This document shows positions 14,201 through 22,930 of a stretch of 24,000 bases of DNA, one piece after another; position 1 is the first letter of the stretch, and the number at the start of each line of letters is the position of its first letter. The stretch is from Methanolapillus ohkumae (GTDB lineage Archaea; Halobacteriota; Methanosarcinia; Methanosarcinales; Methanosarcinaceae), in the NCBI RefSeq assembly GCF_032594355.1, contig NZ_CP131061.1:1580011-1604010 (forward strand), read 5' to 3'. A program made the translations under genes and the position numbers. The notes under the pieces were generated by a model. The model worked only from the letters and a program-made list of their open reading frames with translations, had not been told where the DNA came from and did not search any database.

Positions 14201-15313
14201 ATGGATCCAAATAAATTCAAAAACAAAGAGATGTCAAAACGGGAATGTTTAGAACTGTTTGAGAACGATGCGATTTTTTTTGACACTCTCCATGCGGCCG
14301 ACAGTGTCCGCCGGGATCTTTGCGGAGATGTTGTTACCTACATCCTAAACGCCAACATTAATTTCACAAACGTTTGCACCGGAACATGTCAATTTTGTGC
14401 GTTTAAGGTTTCCAAGAATCATCCGTCCGCGTTTTTTTTAACGCCCGAGCAAATCGGACAAAAAGCCTGCGATGCGAAAATGGCAGGCGCGATTGAAGTG
14501 TGTGTCCAGGGAGGATTGCTTCCGGAAATTGATACGCATTATCAGGTTGAAATTCTCAAAAACATTCGCAAGCAAACCGGTCCGCTCGGCGGAATTTCCA
14601 TTCATGCGTTTTCACCCATGGAGGTTTTTGCCGCTGCTGAAAATGCCGGCCTGGATTTAAAAACCGCTCTGACGATGCTCAAAGAGGCCGGATTGGATTC
14701 TATCCCGGGGACCGCTGCCGAAATATTGGTAGACGATGTTCGAAAAACATTGTGCCCGGATAAAATTTCAGCGGACGAATGGGAAAAAGTAATTACTGCC
14801 GCGCACAAAACAAAAATTCCGACCACCTGCACCATCATGTACGGTCATATTGAAGAAAATGAAGACCGTGTGGAACATTTATTCCGGCTTAAAAAGATTC
14901 AGGAAGAAACCGGTGGATTTACAGAATTTATCCCGCTTACGTTTTTACATGAAAACACGCCGCTTTCCAAAAGAGGACTTGTGGAAAGCGGCTCTTCCGG
15001 GCTTTTGGATTTGAAAATGTATGCAATCCCCCGTCTTTTGTTTAAGGAAAAATTGCCCAACATTCAAGTGTCGTGGGTCAAATTGGGAACCAAGTTCAGT
15101 CAAGTCGGGCTTTGCGCCGGCGCCAATGATTTTGGCGGAACGCTAATGGAAGAGAATATATCAAGAGCGGCCGGCTCAAAATATGGATCTTCCATGACCC
15201 GGCAAAAAATAGAAAATTGCATCCGGCAAATCGGACGTGTTCCAAAACTTCGAAACACGCAATACAAAATCATTGATGAATCTCAACAAAAAGGTTCGAT
15301 TCCGGTCTATTAA
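14201..15313 (+). CDS. cofH: Radical-SAM enzyme of the CofH/CofG/MqnC-E family, most likely FO synthase subunit CofH
   Basis: It contains 'NINFTNVCTGTCQFCAF' (C-x3-C-x2-C), 'EVCVQGGLLPE', 'SIPGTAAEIL', 'TCTIMYGHIE', 'GGFTEFIPLTF' and 'GANDFGGTLMEENISRAAG'. cofD lies 1.2 kb downstream. Confidence 0.7.
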   Translation: MDPNKFKNKEMSKRECLELFENDAIFFDTLHAADSVRRDLCGDVVTYILNANINFTNVCTGTCQFCAFKVSKNHPSAFFLTPEQIGQKACDAKMAGAIEVCVQGGLLPEIDTHYQVEILKNIRKQTGPLGGISIHAFSPMEVFAAAENAGLDLKTALTMLKEAGLDSIPGTAAEILVDDVRKTLCPDKISADEWEKVITAAHKTKIPTTCTIMYGHIEENEDRVEHLFRLKKIQEETGGFTEFIPLTFLHENTPLSKRGLVESGSSGLLDLKMYAIPRLLFKEKLPNIQVSWVKLGTKFSQVGLCAGANDFGGTLMEENISRAAGSKYGSSMTRQKIENCIRQIGRVPKLRNTQYKIIDESQQKGSIPVY

Positions 15314-15344
15314 ATCAAAACCAATCGTAAAATGAAATGAAGAG

Positions 15345-15378
15345 CGACACGAAATGAAAAACGACACGAAATGAAAAA
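15345..15378. repeat. 17-bp direct tandem repeat 'cgacacgaaatgaaaaa' x2
   Basis: The copies lie at 15345-15361 and 15362-15378, between the cofH-like gene and the permease gene. Confidence 0.8.
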
Positions 15379-15414
15379 GGCGTAGAATTAAGATTAAATA
15401 GAACTTCCAACTCA

Positions 15415-16392
15415 ATGGAAAATCCTGTTTATTCAAATGAAAATTATTCAAACTGCTTCAATCGTGATTTCATGGATATTATTTTTGTCATTGTGATTTT
15501 GATTTTACTGGGTTTTTTTCTCAAATATTTCGGCATTCTTTCCGAAAAGGATAAAGTGGCACTGAATAATATTGTGATCTATGTGGCGATTCCCGCCACG
15601 CTTTTTTTGTCTCTTCTCAGAAATGTCGACGCGAAGGATTTGGGTTCTTATTTTAAATTAACGATTTTCATTTTAATCATTACCCTTGCCTGTGCTGTCC
15701 TCGCTTATGGAATCGGAAAACTTTTAAAAATGGATATTAAGTCGTTGGCCGCCTTTATTTTGGTGGCGTGTTGCGGCAACACAGCCTTTATGGGATTTGC
15801 CATCGCCACCGGATTTTATGGCGTCGACGGCTTTATCCGCGCGATTTTTTGCGACACCGCCACTCTTTTTGTCATCATCATTTTAGGAACGTACCTGGGG
15901 ATTAAAGTGAGCGGGCGAAAGGTCAGTCTGCTTAAACAGGTTGTTCGATTTCCGCCGATGATTGCTTGGGTCGTGACAATTGTTTTGGTGATTCTCGGAT
16001 TTCAAATCAGCATGCTTCCGGCGTTTGTCGTCACAACGCTTGGGTATTTATCCGGAATTATGGTTCCCTTGATTATGATTTCATTGGGACTGTCCTTGTC
16101 TCCCAAATATCTCAAAGTTGCCGCCATTCCGGCGATTCTTGTCACCGTCATTCAATTATTTTTCGCGCCGGCTCTTGCGGTTATTCTTTCCAATTTTTTT
16201 GCATTATCGGGATTAGACCGAAACGTCGCCATTTTGCAAGCCGGAATGCCGCCGGCAATGACACCCCTCGTGTTTTCCGAAATTTATGGCATGAATTCAA
16301 AACTCATCTCCGGTGCCACTTTTTTGGCGACGGTTGTGTCCTTGGTTTCAATTCCGGCTTTGCATATGATGCTGGATGCGGGATGGATTTAA
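15415..16392 (+). CDS. AEC-family (auxin efflux carrier-type) membrane permease
   Basis: The product has about 10 hydrophobic segments. 'CCGNTAFMGFAIATGFYG' and 'ILQAGMPPAMTPLVFSEIYG' resemble the two AEC repeat signatures. The ATG at 15472 (MDIIFVIVILILLGFFL..) is the more family-typical start. Confidence 0.65.
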   Translation: MENPVYSNENYSNCFNRDFMDIIFVIVILILLGFFLKYFGILSEKDKVALNNIVIYVAIPATLFLSLLRNVDAKDLGSYFKLTIFILIITLACAVLAYGIGKLLKMDIKSLAAFILVACCGNTAFMGFAIATGFYGVDGFIRAIFCDTATLFVIIILGTYLGIKVSGRKVSLLKQVVRFPPMIAWVVTIVLVILGFQISMLPAFVVTTLGYLSGIMVPLIMISLGLSLSPKYLKVAAIPAILVTVIQLFFAPALAVILSNFFALSGLDRNVAILQAGMPPAMTPLVFSEIYGMNSKLISGATFLATVVSLVSIPALHMMLDAGWI

Positions 16393-16549
16393 AAAACCAA
16401 AAAAAAACAAAAAAACTAAAAAAAATGAGGACAATTAAAATAAGAGGAGCCAAAATTAAAATATTTTGACAATTTATTTGAAATGAAATTATTTTTTTAT
16501 CTTTAAAAAAGGTTATATTAAAAAATGACATTGTGAGGCATTTTTTCAA

Positions 16550-17554
16550 ATGATTGTTCTTTCCGGCGGAACCGGCACCCCAAAACTGATTGACGGCCTT
16601 CGGGCCTGGCTTCCCGATGAGGAAATTTCCGTGATTGTTAACACCGCCGAAGACATTTGGATTTCGGGAACATTTGTCTCGCCGGATGTCGATACCGTTT
16701 TGTATCTTTTTTCCGGTGATTTGGATAAAAACCGATGGTGGGGGATGACAGATGAAACGTACACGACTTACAACCAACTCAAAAAGATGGGAAAGCCCGA
16801 ACTTTTGATGCTTGGGGACCGAGATCGGGCAAACAATCTGATCCGGACCGAACTGCTTAAAACCAAAACGTTATCTTACGCGACCTTGGACATCGCAAAA
16901 AAACTTGGCGTGAACGCGAACATCATTCCCATGTCGGATGACCCGGTCAAAACCCGGATTTTTACGCCCGAAGGCGTTATTCATTTCCAGGATTTTTGGG
17001 TCGGAAAAAAGGGCGCTCCGGATGTTTTTAATTTCAGTTACTTTGGCATAAAGAATGCGAAAATTTCTCCAAGAGCGAAGACGGTCCTTTCCAAAGAGAA
17101 CTATGTGATTATCGGTCCCAGTAACCCGATGACCAGTATCGGTCCGATGTTAGCGCTTCCCGGGATGCGGGAAATTTTGAAAAATAAAAAAGTGATTGCG
17201 ATCAGCCCGATTATTGGAACGGAACCGATCAGCGGGCCGGCGGGAAAACTCATGAAAGCCAAAAAAATGGATGTGACGGCAAAAGCCGTTGCCGAATTTT
17301 ATCAAGATATCATTGACATTTTCGTGTATGACATTCGGGATACCGTCATCAATCCGGAAGAGATTCGAAATATGGGAATCAAACCGGTTGCGTTTGACAC
17401 GTTGATGACAGATTTTGAGAAGAGAAAAGATTTGGCGGAAAAGGTTTTGGAATTGTTGGATGTATCCAAAAATAAAAAGCAGGCCCAGGCTCATCAACTC
17501 AACCGGCCTTTGAAAAAACCATCCGGCCGAAAGCCGTGTCGCCGAATTGCCTGA
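16550..17554 (+). CDS. cofD: 2-phospho-L-lactate transferase CofD (F420 biosynthesis)
   Basis: The N-terminus reads 'MIVLSGGTGTPKLIDGL'. Further motifs are 'DVDTVLY', 'IIGPSNPMTSIGPML' and 'VIAISPIIG..PISGPA'. A ~25-aa basic C-terminal tail is atypical for the family. Confidence 0.85.
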   Translation: MIVLSGGTGTPKLIDGLRAWLPDEEISVIVNTAEDIWISGTFVSPDVDTVLYLFSGDLDKNRWWGMTDETYTTYNQLKKMGKPELLMLGDRDRANNLIRTELLKTKTLSYATLDIAKKLGVNANIIPMSDDPVKTRIFTPEGVIHFQDFWVGKKGAPDVFNFSYFGIKNAKISPRAKTVLSKENYVIIGPSNPMTSIGPMLALPGMREILKNKKVIAISPIIGTEPISGPAGKLMKAKKMDVTAKAVAEFYQDIIDIFVYDIRDTVINPEEIRNMGIKPVAFDTLMTDFEKRKDLAEKVLELLDVSKNKKQAQAHQLNRPLKKPSGRKPCRRIA

Positions 17555-17714
17555 TTTTGAAAGAGAAAAAATCCGATTACATATTTAAAAAATACAAACA
17601 ATGATGAGGATTTTGAAAAATATTTGGATTTAAAAATCTTCCGATTTGAAACAAATCAATATATTTTTAAATTATTAGGTTGTGGTTCTAACAAAAGTGA
17701 CGAGGTTTTTAAAA

Positions 17715-18242
17715 ATGGACGACAAAATAAAAGAATTGGGAAAGGACGCTTTAACAGTCATCGCGATTGTCACTGCTTTTCTGATTTTTTGCCAACTCTT
17801 TTTCGGCCTTTGGACACCTATGTATGTCGTCCAATCCGGAAGTATGGAACCGCATATGAAAATAGGGGATATTATTTTTGTCAAAGACAGTGACCGTGTC
17901 ACCATCGAAACAAATGCCCAAGCCGTTTTATCTGAAAACTCGAAAATAAAATTTAGCGGATATGGCGATGTGATTTTATACCGCCCAAACGGCAATAAAA
18001 ACGCAATTCCGATTATTCACCGTGCGATGTATTACGTGGAAGCGGGCGAACCCATGTGGGAAGGCGGCCCTGCGGCTCCACATGCCGGCTACATTACAAA
18101 AGGAGACAACCCACAGACAAATCCGCTTTTTGACCAGCAAACCATGATCAGCTATAACACCCCAATCAAAGAAGAATGGGTCATCGGCGTCTCAACACTC
18201 AAAATTCCATACCTCGGGAAAATCCGGCTGATTTTCTCGTAA
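17715..18242 (+). CDS. Signal peptidase I, archaeal/eukaryotic S26B type
   Basis: It has an N-terminal TM segment, then 'VQSGSMEPHM' (nucleophile Ser), 'PIIHRAMYY' and 'ITKGDNPQTN'. I prefer the ATG at 17715, which has a GAGGT Shine-Dalgarno sequence at 17702-17706, over the listed GTG at 17682. Confidence 0.85.
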   Translation: MDDKIKELGKDALTVIAIVTAFLIFCQLFFGLWTPMYVVQSGSMEPHMKIGDIIFVKDSDRVTIETNAQAVLSENSKIKFSGYGDVILYRPNGNKNAIPIIHRAMYYVEAGEPMWEGGPAAPHAGYITKGDNPQTNPLFDQQTMISYNTPIKEEWVIGVSTLKIPYLGKIRLIFS

Positions 18243-18244
18243 TC

Positions 18245-18310
18245 TTTTTACTTTCGTTTTTATTTTTTTACTTTCGTTTTTATTTTTTTACTTTCGTTTT
18301 TATTTTTTTC
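18245..18310. repeat. 20-bp tandem repeat 'ctttcgtttttattttttta' x3 plus a partial copy
   Basis: Units lie at 18251, 18271 and 18291. The array starts immediately after the signal peptidase stop codon. Confidence 0.9.
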
Positions 18311-18355
18311 ATTCTTGTTTTTGTGCCCGCCCGCGCGCGTTACAGCGGCATATTT
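18311..18355 (+). other. GC-box copy c: 'cttgttttt' - 'gtgcccgcc' - CGCGCGC - 'gttacagcggca' - 'tatttaatttttt'
   Basis: 'ccgcgcgcgttac' at 18331-18343 is the reverse complement of 5216-5228. The box lies about 90 nt downstream of the signal peptidase stop. Confidence 0.6.
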
Positions 18356-18465
18356 AATTTTTTCCAACAAAATCCGGGATTGGCTTTTTCTTTTTTCAGG
18401 ATGAGAGCAAAATCAATCAAAACAAACATTTGGCACTCAAATCGTGACCATACGGAGGAAAATGG

Positions 18466-19605
18466 TCAGAACCATTTCTTTTTTTTGAAATAAAGAAGCA
18501 TCCCCATAAAAATTAAAAACATGCCGCTCAGACAGATATAGTATCCGTATCTTGCTTCAAGTTCCGGCATATAATTAAAATTCATGCCGTAAATTCCGAC
18601 AATAAACGTCAGCGGAATGAAAATGGTGGAAATGACGGTTAAAATTTTCATGGTTTCATTCAGCCGCTTGGAAGTTCCGGAATTATAAATGTCAAAAATA
18701 CCAGTGACGGCAACCCGTCCGGATTCAATGGATTCAATAATTCGGACCACATGGTCTTGAACGTCCCGGAAATAAACACGGGTTGACTTTTTAATGAGCT
18801 TGGAGCCGGATTTTTCCCAATTGTCCGCCACGTTGGTGAGCGGCCAGACCGATTTGTTGAACCGGAAAAGTTCGGAACGCATGTGTATAATTTCACCGAC
18901 AGATTCTTTTTCCGGTTGATTGATCATTCTTTTTTCGACTTCGTCAAACCATTCTTCAAATTCTTCCAAGACAAAAAAATAATGATCGACGACAATGTCC
19001 ATCAAAGCATATGTCAGGTAATCCGTTCCGTTTTTTCGAATCCGTCCATCCTTTTTGATTCTTTTGAGGACCGGTTCGAAAATATCCGCCTCGTTTTCAA
19101 AGAACGTAATGACTGTTTTTTCCAGGGTCACAATGCTGATTTGATTGTCTTGCAATTCTTTTTTCGTATCGTCAAAAACAGTATGCTTTAAAACCGTATA
19201 GAAATAATTGTCAAATTCTTCCATTTTCGGACGCTGCTTCATGCTGAGAATATCTTCCAAAGTCAGCGGGTCAATATCGTATTTTTCACCGATTTTTCGA
19301 ACCGCTTCCGGGTCATTCAGTCCGGCCGCATGAATCCAAGAGAGAGTATCCGGAGAAAATTCCGCACGAATCAATTCATCCACCGTTGCGTATGTTTTCT
19401 CAGAGAATCCGGATTCGTTGTACAATATTACAAAAAACGGATTCATAAATACCGGGACCGATTCAATATTTTGTGGTTCTCCGTCATTTCCGCCGGCCGG
19501 GTCATTTTGATCTCCGGGAACATAAATTAAAGAACCCGGCGGCAAGCCGGCTTTTTTCGATTGTTTAGATACGGCAGACAGATTCATAATCGCATTCATT
19601 TTCAT
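18466..19605 (-). CDS. corA: CorA-family magnesium/cobalt transporter
   Basis: The C-terminal region has two TM segments with 'IVGIYGMNFNYMPEL' (the GMN motif) after a ~300-aa soluble domain. Confidence 0.9.
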   Translation of the reverse strand: MKMNAIMNLSAVSKQSKKAGLPPGSLIYVPGDQNDPAGGNDGEPQNIESVPVFMNPFFVILYNESGFSEKTYATVDELIRAEFSPDTLSWIHAAGLNDPEAVRKIGEKYDIDPLTLEDILSMKQRPKMEEFDNYFYTVLKHTVFDDTKKELQDNQISIVTLEKTVITFFENEADIFEPVLKRIKKDGRIRKNGTDYLTYALMDIVVDHYFFVLEEFEEWFDEVEKRMINQPEKESVGEIIHMRSELFRFNKSVWPLTNVADNWEKSGSKLIKKSTRVYFRDVQDHVVRIIESIESGRVAVTGIFDIYNSGTSKRLNETMKILTVISTIFIPLTFIVGIYGMNFNYMPELEARYGYYICLSGMFLIFMGMLLYFKKKKWF

Positions 19606-19831
19606 ATGTCATCCCCATTTTCATACCCATTTATCTTTATTTTTTTACTTTTCTATTGTTCATTTAATCTCATTTTCCAATTATAATTGAATAAATATAG
19701 ATATTCAGATATATTAGAAACTTTTATATAATTATAATCATATATCATCGGTAAGCGCATAATAAAAAATTGTGCGTGTCCAGAGTTGTTATTTTTGTGT
19801 ATATTTTTAAAATGAGTGTGAGGATATCAAT

Positions 19832-19930
19832 ATGGATGAACAACAAAAGAAATACTTAACTTATGGCGCCGTTGCGATTGTCATTATTTTAATCGTTGCG
19901 CTTGCGGTTTATTATTTCTATTACATGTAA
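19832..19930 (+). CDS. 32-aa membrane mini-protein (MDEQQKKYLTYGAVAIVIILIVALAVYYFYYM), related to the N-terminal anchor of the paralog starting at 23343
   Basis: This is my own translation. A GAGG Shine-Dalgarno-like sequence lies ~9 nt upstream. Compare MDKNTQNYLIVGAIVAIVIVAALLFFFY at 23343. Confidence 0.4.
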   Translation: MDEQQKKYLTYGAVAIVIILIVALAVYYFYYM

Positions 19931-20105
19931 TATTTTTTTTCCGGTTTCTTAATTTTGATTTTACGTTAATATTTAAACCGGAGTTTTTAATATTTAAACC
20001 GGATGGTTTTATTTAAAGGAATTGTCTCAAAAATCGAAACGACTAAACTCGTTTTTGATTTTTGTTTCTTTTTTATTCAAATTCAAAATCAATCAACTTA
20101 ATGCG

Positions 20106-20288
20106 ATGAAAGGCACTTGGTCGATTGATCCGTCCGGCCCGTGTTCCTATGTTTTTGATGTGGACAATAGCGAGGAGGACTTAAAAGCAAAAATGGTTGG
20201 AAATGTTCTTGTTTTTGAACCGTTTGATTATTCCGGTAATAAAGAATGGAATGTGAAAGAATTCGTTTTGAGCCATCCAATTATCTAA
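20106..20288 (+). CDS. 60-aa single-module relative of the secreted paralog family (the ORF track lists a TTG-started 88-aa version from 20022)
   Basis: 'MKGTWSIDPSGPCSYVFDVDNSEEDLKAKMVGNVLVFEP..NVKEFVL' aligns with 'GTWETGGSGYVFTFGG..AILNADGNLEFV' and with the 'FDFEEFVLK' end of the paralogs. It has no signal sequence if translation starts at 20106. Confidence 0.45.
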   Translation: MKGTWSIDPSGPCSYVFDVDNSEEDLKAKMVGNVLVFEPFDYSGNKEWNVKEFVLSHPII

Positions 20289-20321
20289 CACTCAAATCAT
20301 TAGCGAACAAGCACAAATTTG

Positions 20322-20363
20322 GATTTTGAATTGAAAATCAAAATCAATTCAAAATCTTTTTTT
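20322..20363 (+). terminator. Hairpin 'gattttgaattga' / 'tcaattcaaaatc' (13 bp) followed by T7
   Basis: The arms lie at 20322-20334 and 20344-20356, and the T run at 20357-20363. Confidence 0.6.
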
Positions 20364-20596
20364 ATTTTTTCATAAATGTGAAGCGGTTTTTCATATATTT
20401 TTTGATGTTTCTTGATTTTTTTCTTGTTGAAACAGCATTATCTACTAATTTTTATAAGTTTGCGGAAAAAAAAATGTGAAATTGATTTAAAATCCGCGTA
20501 GTTGTTGTCATTGTCTCATTTTTCTGATTTATAGTAATATTTGTGTAAGAACTTGTTTTTTGATTATATATTATTAAAAATATTTATATACCGTTT

Positions 20597-20640
20597 TGAC
20601 AATCTATTGTCGATGCATAATGATTTTTGCATCAACAATA
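20597..20640 (+). promoter_or_regulatory. Nested palindromes built on ACAAT/ATTGT in the leader of paralog 1
   Basis: 'gacaat ct attgtc' lies at 20597-20610. 'tattgtcgatgca' at 20605-17 matches 'tgcatcaacaata' at 20628-40 at 12 of 13 complementary positions. The region lies downstream of the TATA-like 'aaatatttatata' and upstream of the ATG at 20685. Confidence 0.35.
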
Positions 20641-20684
20641 TTTACAGAATAATGAGTTAAATTGACATTTATGGGGCGATATTT

Positions 20685-21752
20685 ATGAACTCGAAAAACA
20701 CAAAAACATTATTCGCAATTGCGTTGATTGCAATTGTTATTTTTGCGGTCGCCGCAAGCGGCTGTACGACCAAACCCCCTGTCGAAAATGAAAGTTCGAC
20801 ACCAACCCCTCCGGAACAACCCAAGAATGAGTCAAATGGTTCCGGTTCAGCCGATGGAAATGGCTCATCCGATGGAAACGGCTCAACGAATGAAAGCACG
20901 CCGGCCACGGGTAGCAACACCGATAAACCGGTCATTCATGTGATTCCGTCAACCGGTGGCGGCGGCTCTTCTTCGGGTCCCTCCTCCATTGTCGGATTTT
21001 GGAAGGTGAACAGTTTGGCTGGAACGATTGGTGAAACAGATGTGGATGAAACGGATGTGAGTGGTGGAAGATATTTCATTGTTTATCCGGACAATACCTG
21101 CGACTTTGAAATTGGAATAGAAGAATATGTTTCAGGAGATACGGGGACTTGGGAAACAGGTGGTTCCGGCTATGTTTTCACATTTGGCGGAACGGATGTC
21201 AATGCCATATTGAATGCGGATGGAAATTTGGAATTTGTTGACGGTTTTAATTTCCACGATGAAGGGATTGACGGTGAAGTCACCGAACTCATTTTGGAAG
21301 AAACTCTTCCGGAAAATTGGAAAGTCATCACAATGAACGCAACTGTAACAACTCCTGTGGGTGACGATCTTGACCTGACTGAAGAAAACATTAGTGAAGA
21401 GGGCAGTAACTTCTTCACATTCACGGTTTCAACACCCGATAACACATTTACTGAAAGCCTGGACTTGTCCGTCGACCTGGACGGGGAAGGAGAAGATGGT
21501 CCGACTGAAGGCAATATCGAAGTGAGTGACGGAACCTGGGAAGTAGACAAATCGACCCGCGATTCCGGAGATTTCATTTTGAAATCTGTCGATGGAGCCG
21601 TCATAACTAAGGCTAAATTGACATATGATTCAGAAAGCGAAGAATCCTATCCGTGGATTTTAACATTTACACCATATGACTTCACAACCCCTGGAAATTA
21701 TGTGTTTGATTTCGAGGAATTTGTTTTGAAATTCTTGGGTTTTGAATTATAA
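20685..21752 (+). CDS. Paralog 1 of an uncharacterised extracellular protein family: lipobox-like signal (..VAASGC), sequon-rich stalk, two-module acidic body
   Basis: The N-terminus is 'MNSKNTKTLFAIALIAIVIFAVAASGCTT', and six N-x-S/T sequons lie at aa 35-70. The blocks 'KPVIHVIPSTGGGG', 'IVGFWKV', 'GTWETGGSGYVFTF', 'LILEETLPENW', 'GTWEVDKSTRDSGDFIL' and 'FTTPGNYVFDFEEFVLK' are shared with the ORFs at 21931 and 23343. Confidence 0.8.
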   Translation: MNSKNTKTLFAIALIAIVIFAVAASGCTTKPPVENESSTPTPPEQPKNESNGSGSADGNGSSDGNGSTNESTPATGSNTDKPVIHVIPSTGGGGSSSGPSSIVGFWKVNSLAGTIGETDVDETDVSGGRYFIVYPDNTCDFEIGIEEYVSGDTGTWETGGSGYVFTFGGTDVNAILNADGNLEFVDGFNFHDEGIDGEVTELILEETLPENWKVITMNATVTTPVGDDLDLTEENISEEGSNFFTFTVSTPDNTFTESLDLSVDLDGEGEDGPTEGNIEVSDGTWEVDKSTRDSGDFILKSVDGAVITKAKLTYDSESEESYPWILTFTPYDFTTPGNYVFDFEEFVLKFLGFEL

Positions 21753-21769
21753 ATTCAATCAAAGTGGTT

Positions 21770-21809
21770 TGAATTGATTTTTAAAAAATCAATTCAATTT
21801 TTTATTTTT
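21770..21809 (+). terminator. Hairpin 'tgaattgattttt' / 'aaaaatcaattca' followed by T6-a-T5
   Basis: The arms lie at 21770-21782 and 21784-21796. The arm sequence is the same as the hairpin after paralog 2. Confidence 0.6.
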
Positions 21810-21930
21810 AAATGTCGTAAATATCATTTTTTGAGCATCTTGTTTTTGTTTTTGAGTGAATATTTTTTTCTGAATGCAAATTCTTATTCTTAAAAAAAAT
21901 CAAAAACGGAATTTACAGAGGTGAAAAATT

Positions 21931-22923
21931 ATGGATTATGAAAAATTAAAAGTTCCTATCGGGGTCCTTATTATTCTTCTTTTTATTATTGCCGCTCTTT
22001 TTTTAATCAGTTCAAGCGGCTGCTTTAACAGCCCGGAAAATGAGACAATTAATGAAACGAATGAGACCGGCGATGTAGCGCCGCCAAAACCCGACCCTGA
22101 GCCGTCCAATGGTACAGAGAATAGAACAGAGAATGAAAAACCGGTCATCCAAGTGATTCCAACGATTGGCGGCCGGTCCACATCAGACTCGGCATCCATT
22201 ATCGGATTTTGGAGAGTGAAAACCATTGTTTTTGAAGAAACGCCGGATTCTTTCCACCAGGGTCAAATTATTGCCGTTTATCCCAATAACTTGTGGGCTC
22301 GCAATGAATACGACACCCCCATGTGGGCCTGGAGACAATCAGGCTCGGACTATATTTTTACGGTTGGTGAAGGAGAAGGATCCTTTGATATTACTGCAAA
22401 ACTGAATGATGATTGTGAGTTGGAATTTGACCCCTATGACGACTCTCCCGAAAACCCGGTGACAACTCTTGTAATGGAAGAAACACTTCCGGAAGATTGG
22501 TACGTTGACTCTTTGGAGGCAATGGTCGAAATTCCGGATACCGGTGAGATCTCTATTGGTGAGGGAAATATCGTGATGGATCCAAATTATTTTACTTTCG
22601 ACGTTGACATCTATTTTGATCCGAGCGATTTTTCCGGAAAGTTGGGATTAAAAAAATCAGTGGAGGGGGAGGATCCAGACGGCATCGTTGAATATGGCGG
22701 AACCTGGGCCGTTAATAAATCCACCCGTAATTCCGGAGATTTCATTCTGACCGTGAGCGAAGGTTCAAGTGCGGGAAATTACAATGTGAAATTAGAATGT
22801 GATATTTCCAATGAAAACCCCTGGTCATTGGTATTTGAAGAACATAAGTTTACGACGCCTGGAGAATATAAATTCGATGTGGATGAGTTTATTTTAAAAC
22901 TAAAATTTCCGGAACCGGAATAA
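21931..22923 (+). CDS. Paralog 2 of the same family (lipobox-like ..ISSSGC)
   Basis: A GAGGTGA Shine-Dalgarno sequence lies 6 nt upstream of the ATG. The product reads 'LFIIAALFLISSSGCFN', with the sequons NET, NET, NET, NGT and NRT. It shares the blocks 'KPVIQVIPTIGG', 'IIGFWRV', 'LVMEETLPEDW', 'GTWAVNKSTRNSGDFIL' and 'FTTPGEYKFDVDEFILK'. Confidence 0.8.
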   Translation: MDYEKLKVPIGVLIILLFIIAALFLISSSGCFNSPENETINETNETGDVAPPKPDPEPSNGTENRTENEKPVIQVIPTIGGRSTSDSASIIGFWRVKTIVFEETPDSFHQGQIIAVYPNNLWARNEYDTPMWAWRQSGSDYIFTVGEGEGSFDITAKLNDDCELEFDPYDDSPENPVTTLVMEETLPEDWYVDSLEAMVEIPDTGEISIGEGNIVMDPNYFTFDVDIYFDPSDFSGKLGLKKSVEGEDPDGIVEYGGTWAVNKSTRNSGDFILTVSEGSSAGNYNVKLECDISNENPWSLVFEEHKFTTPGEYKFDVDEFILKLKFPEPE

Positions 22924-22930
22924 TGATTTT

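Noticed and set aside
15966-16777. ORFs 15966..16469(+), 16304..16777(-) and 16546..16764(-).
   Set aside because: They overlap the AEC permease and cofD frames, both of which carry family motifs. They have no features of their own.
18445-18468. The palindrome 'tgaccat'..'atggtca' overlapping the corA stop codon, with a CCUCC-containing loop on the mRNA strand.
   Set aside because: It has only 7-bp arms with a 10-nt loop and occurs once. That is too weak to call a regulatory structure without conservation data.
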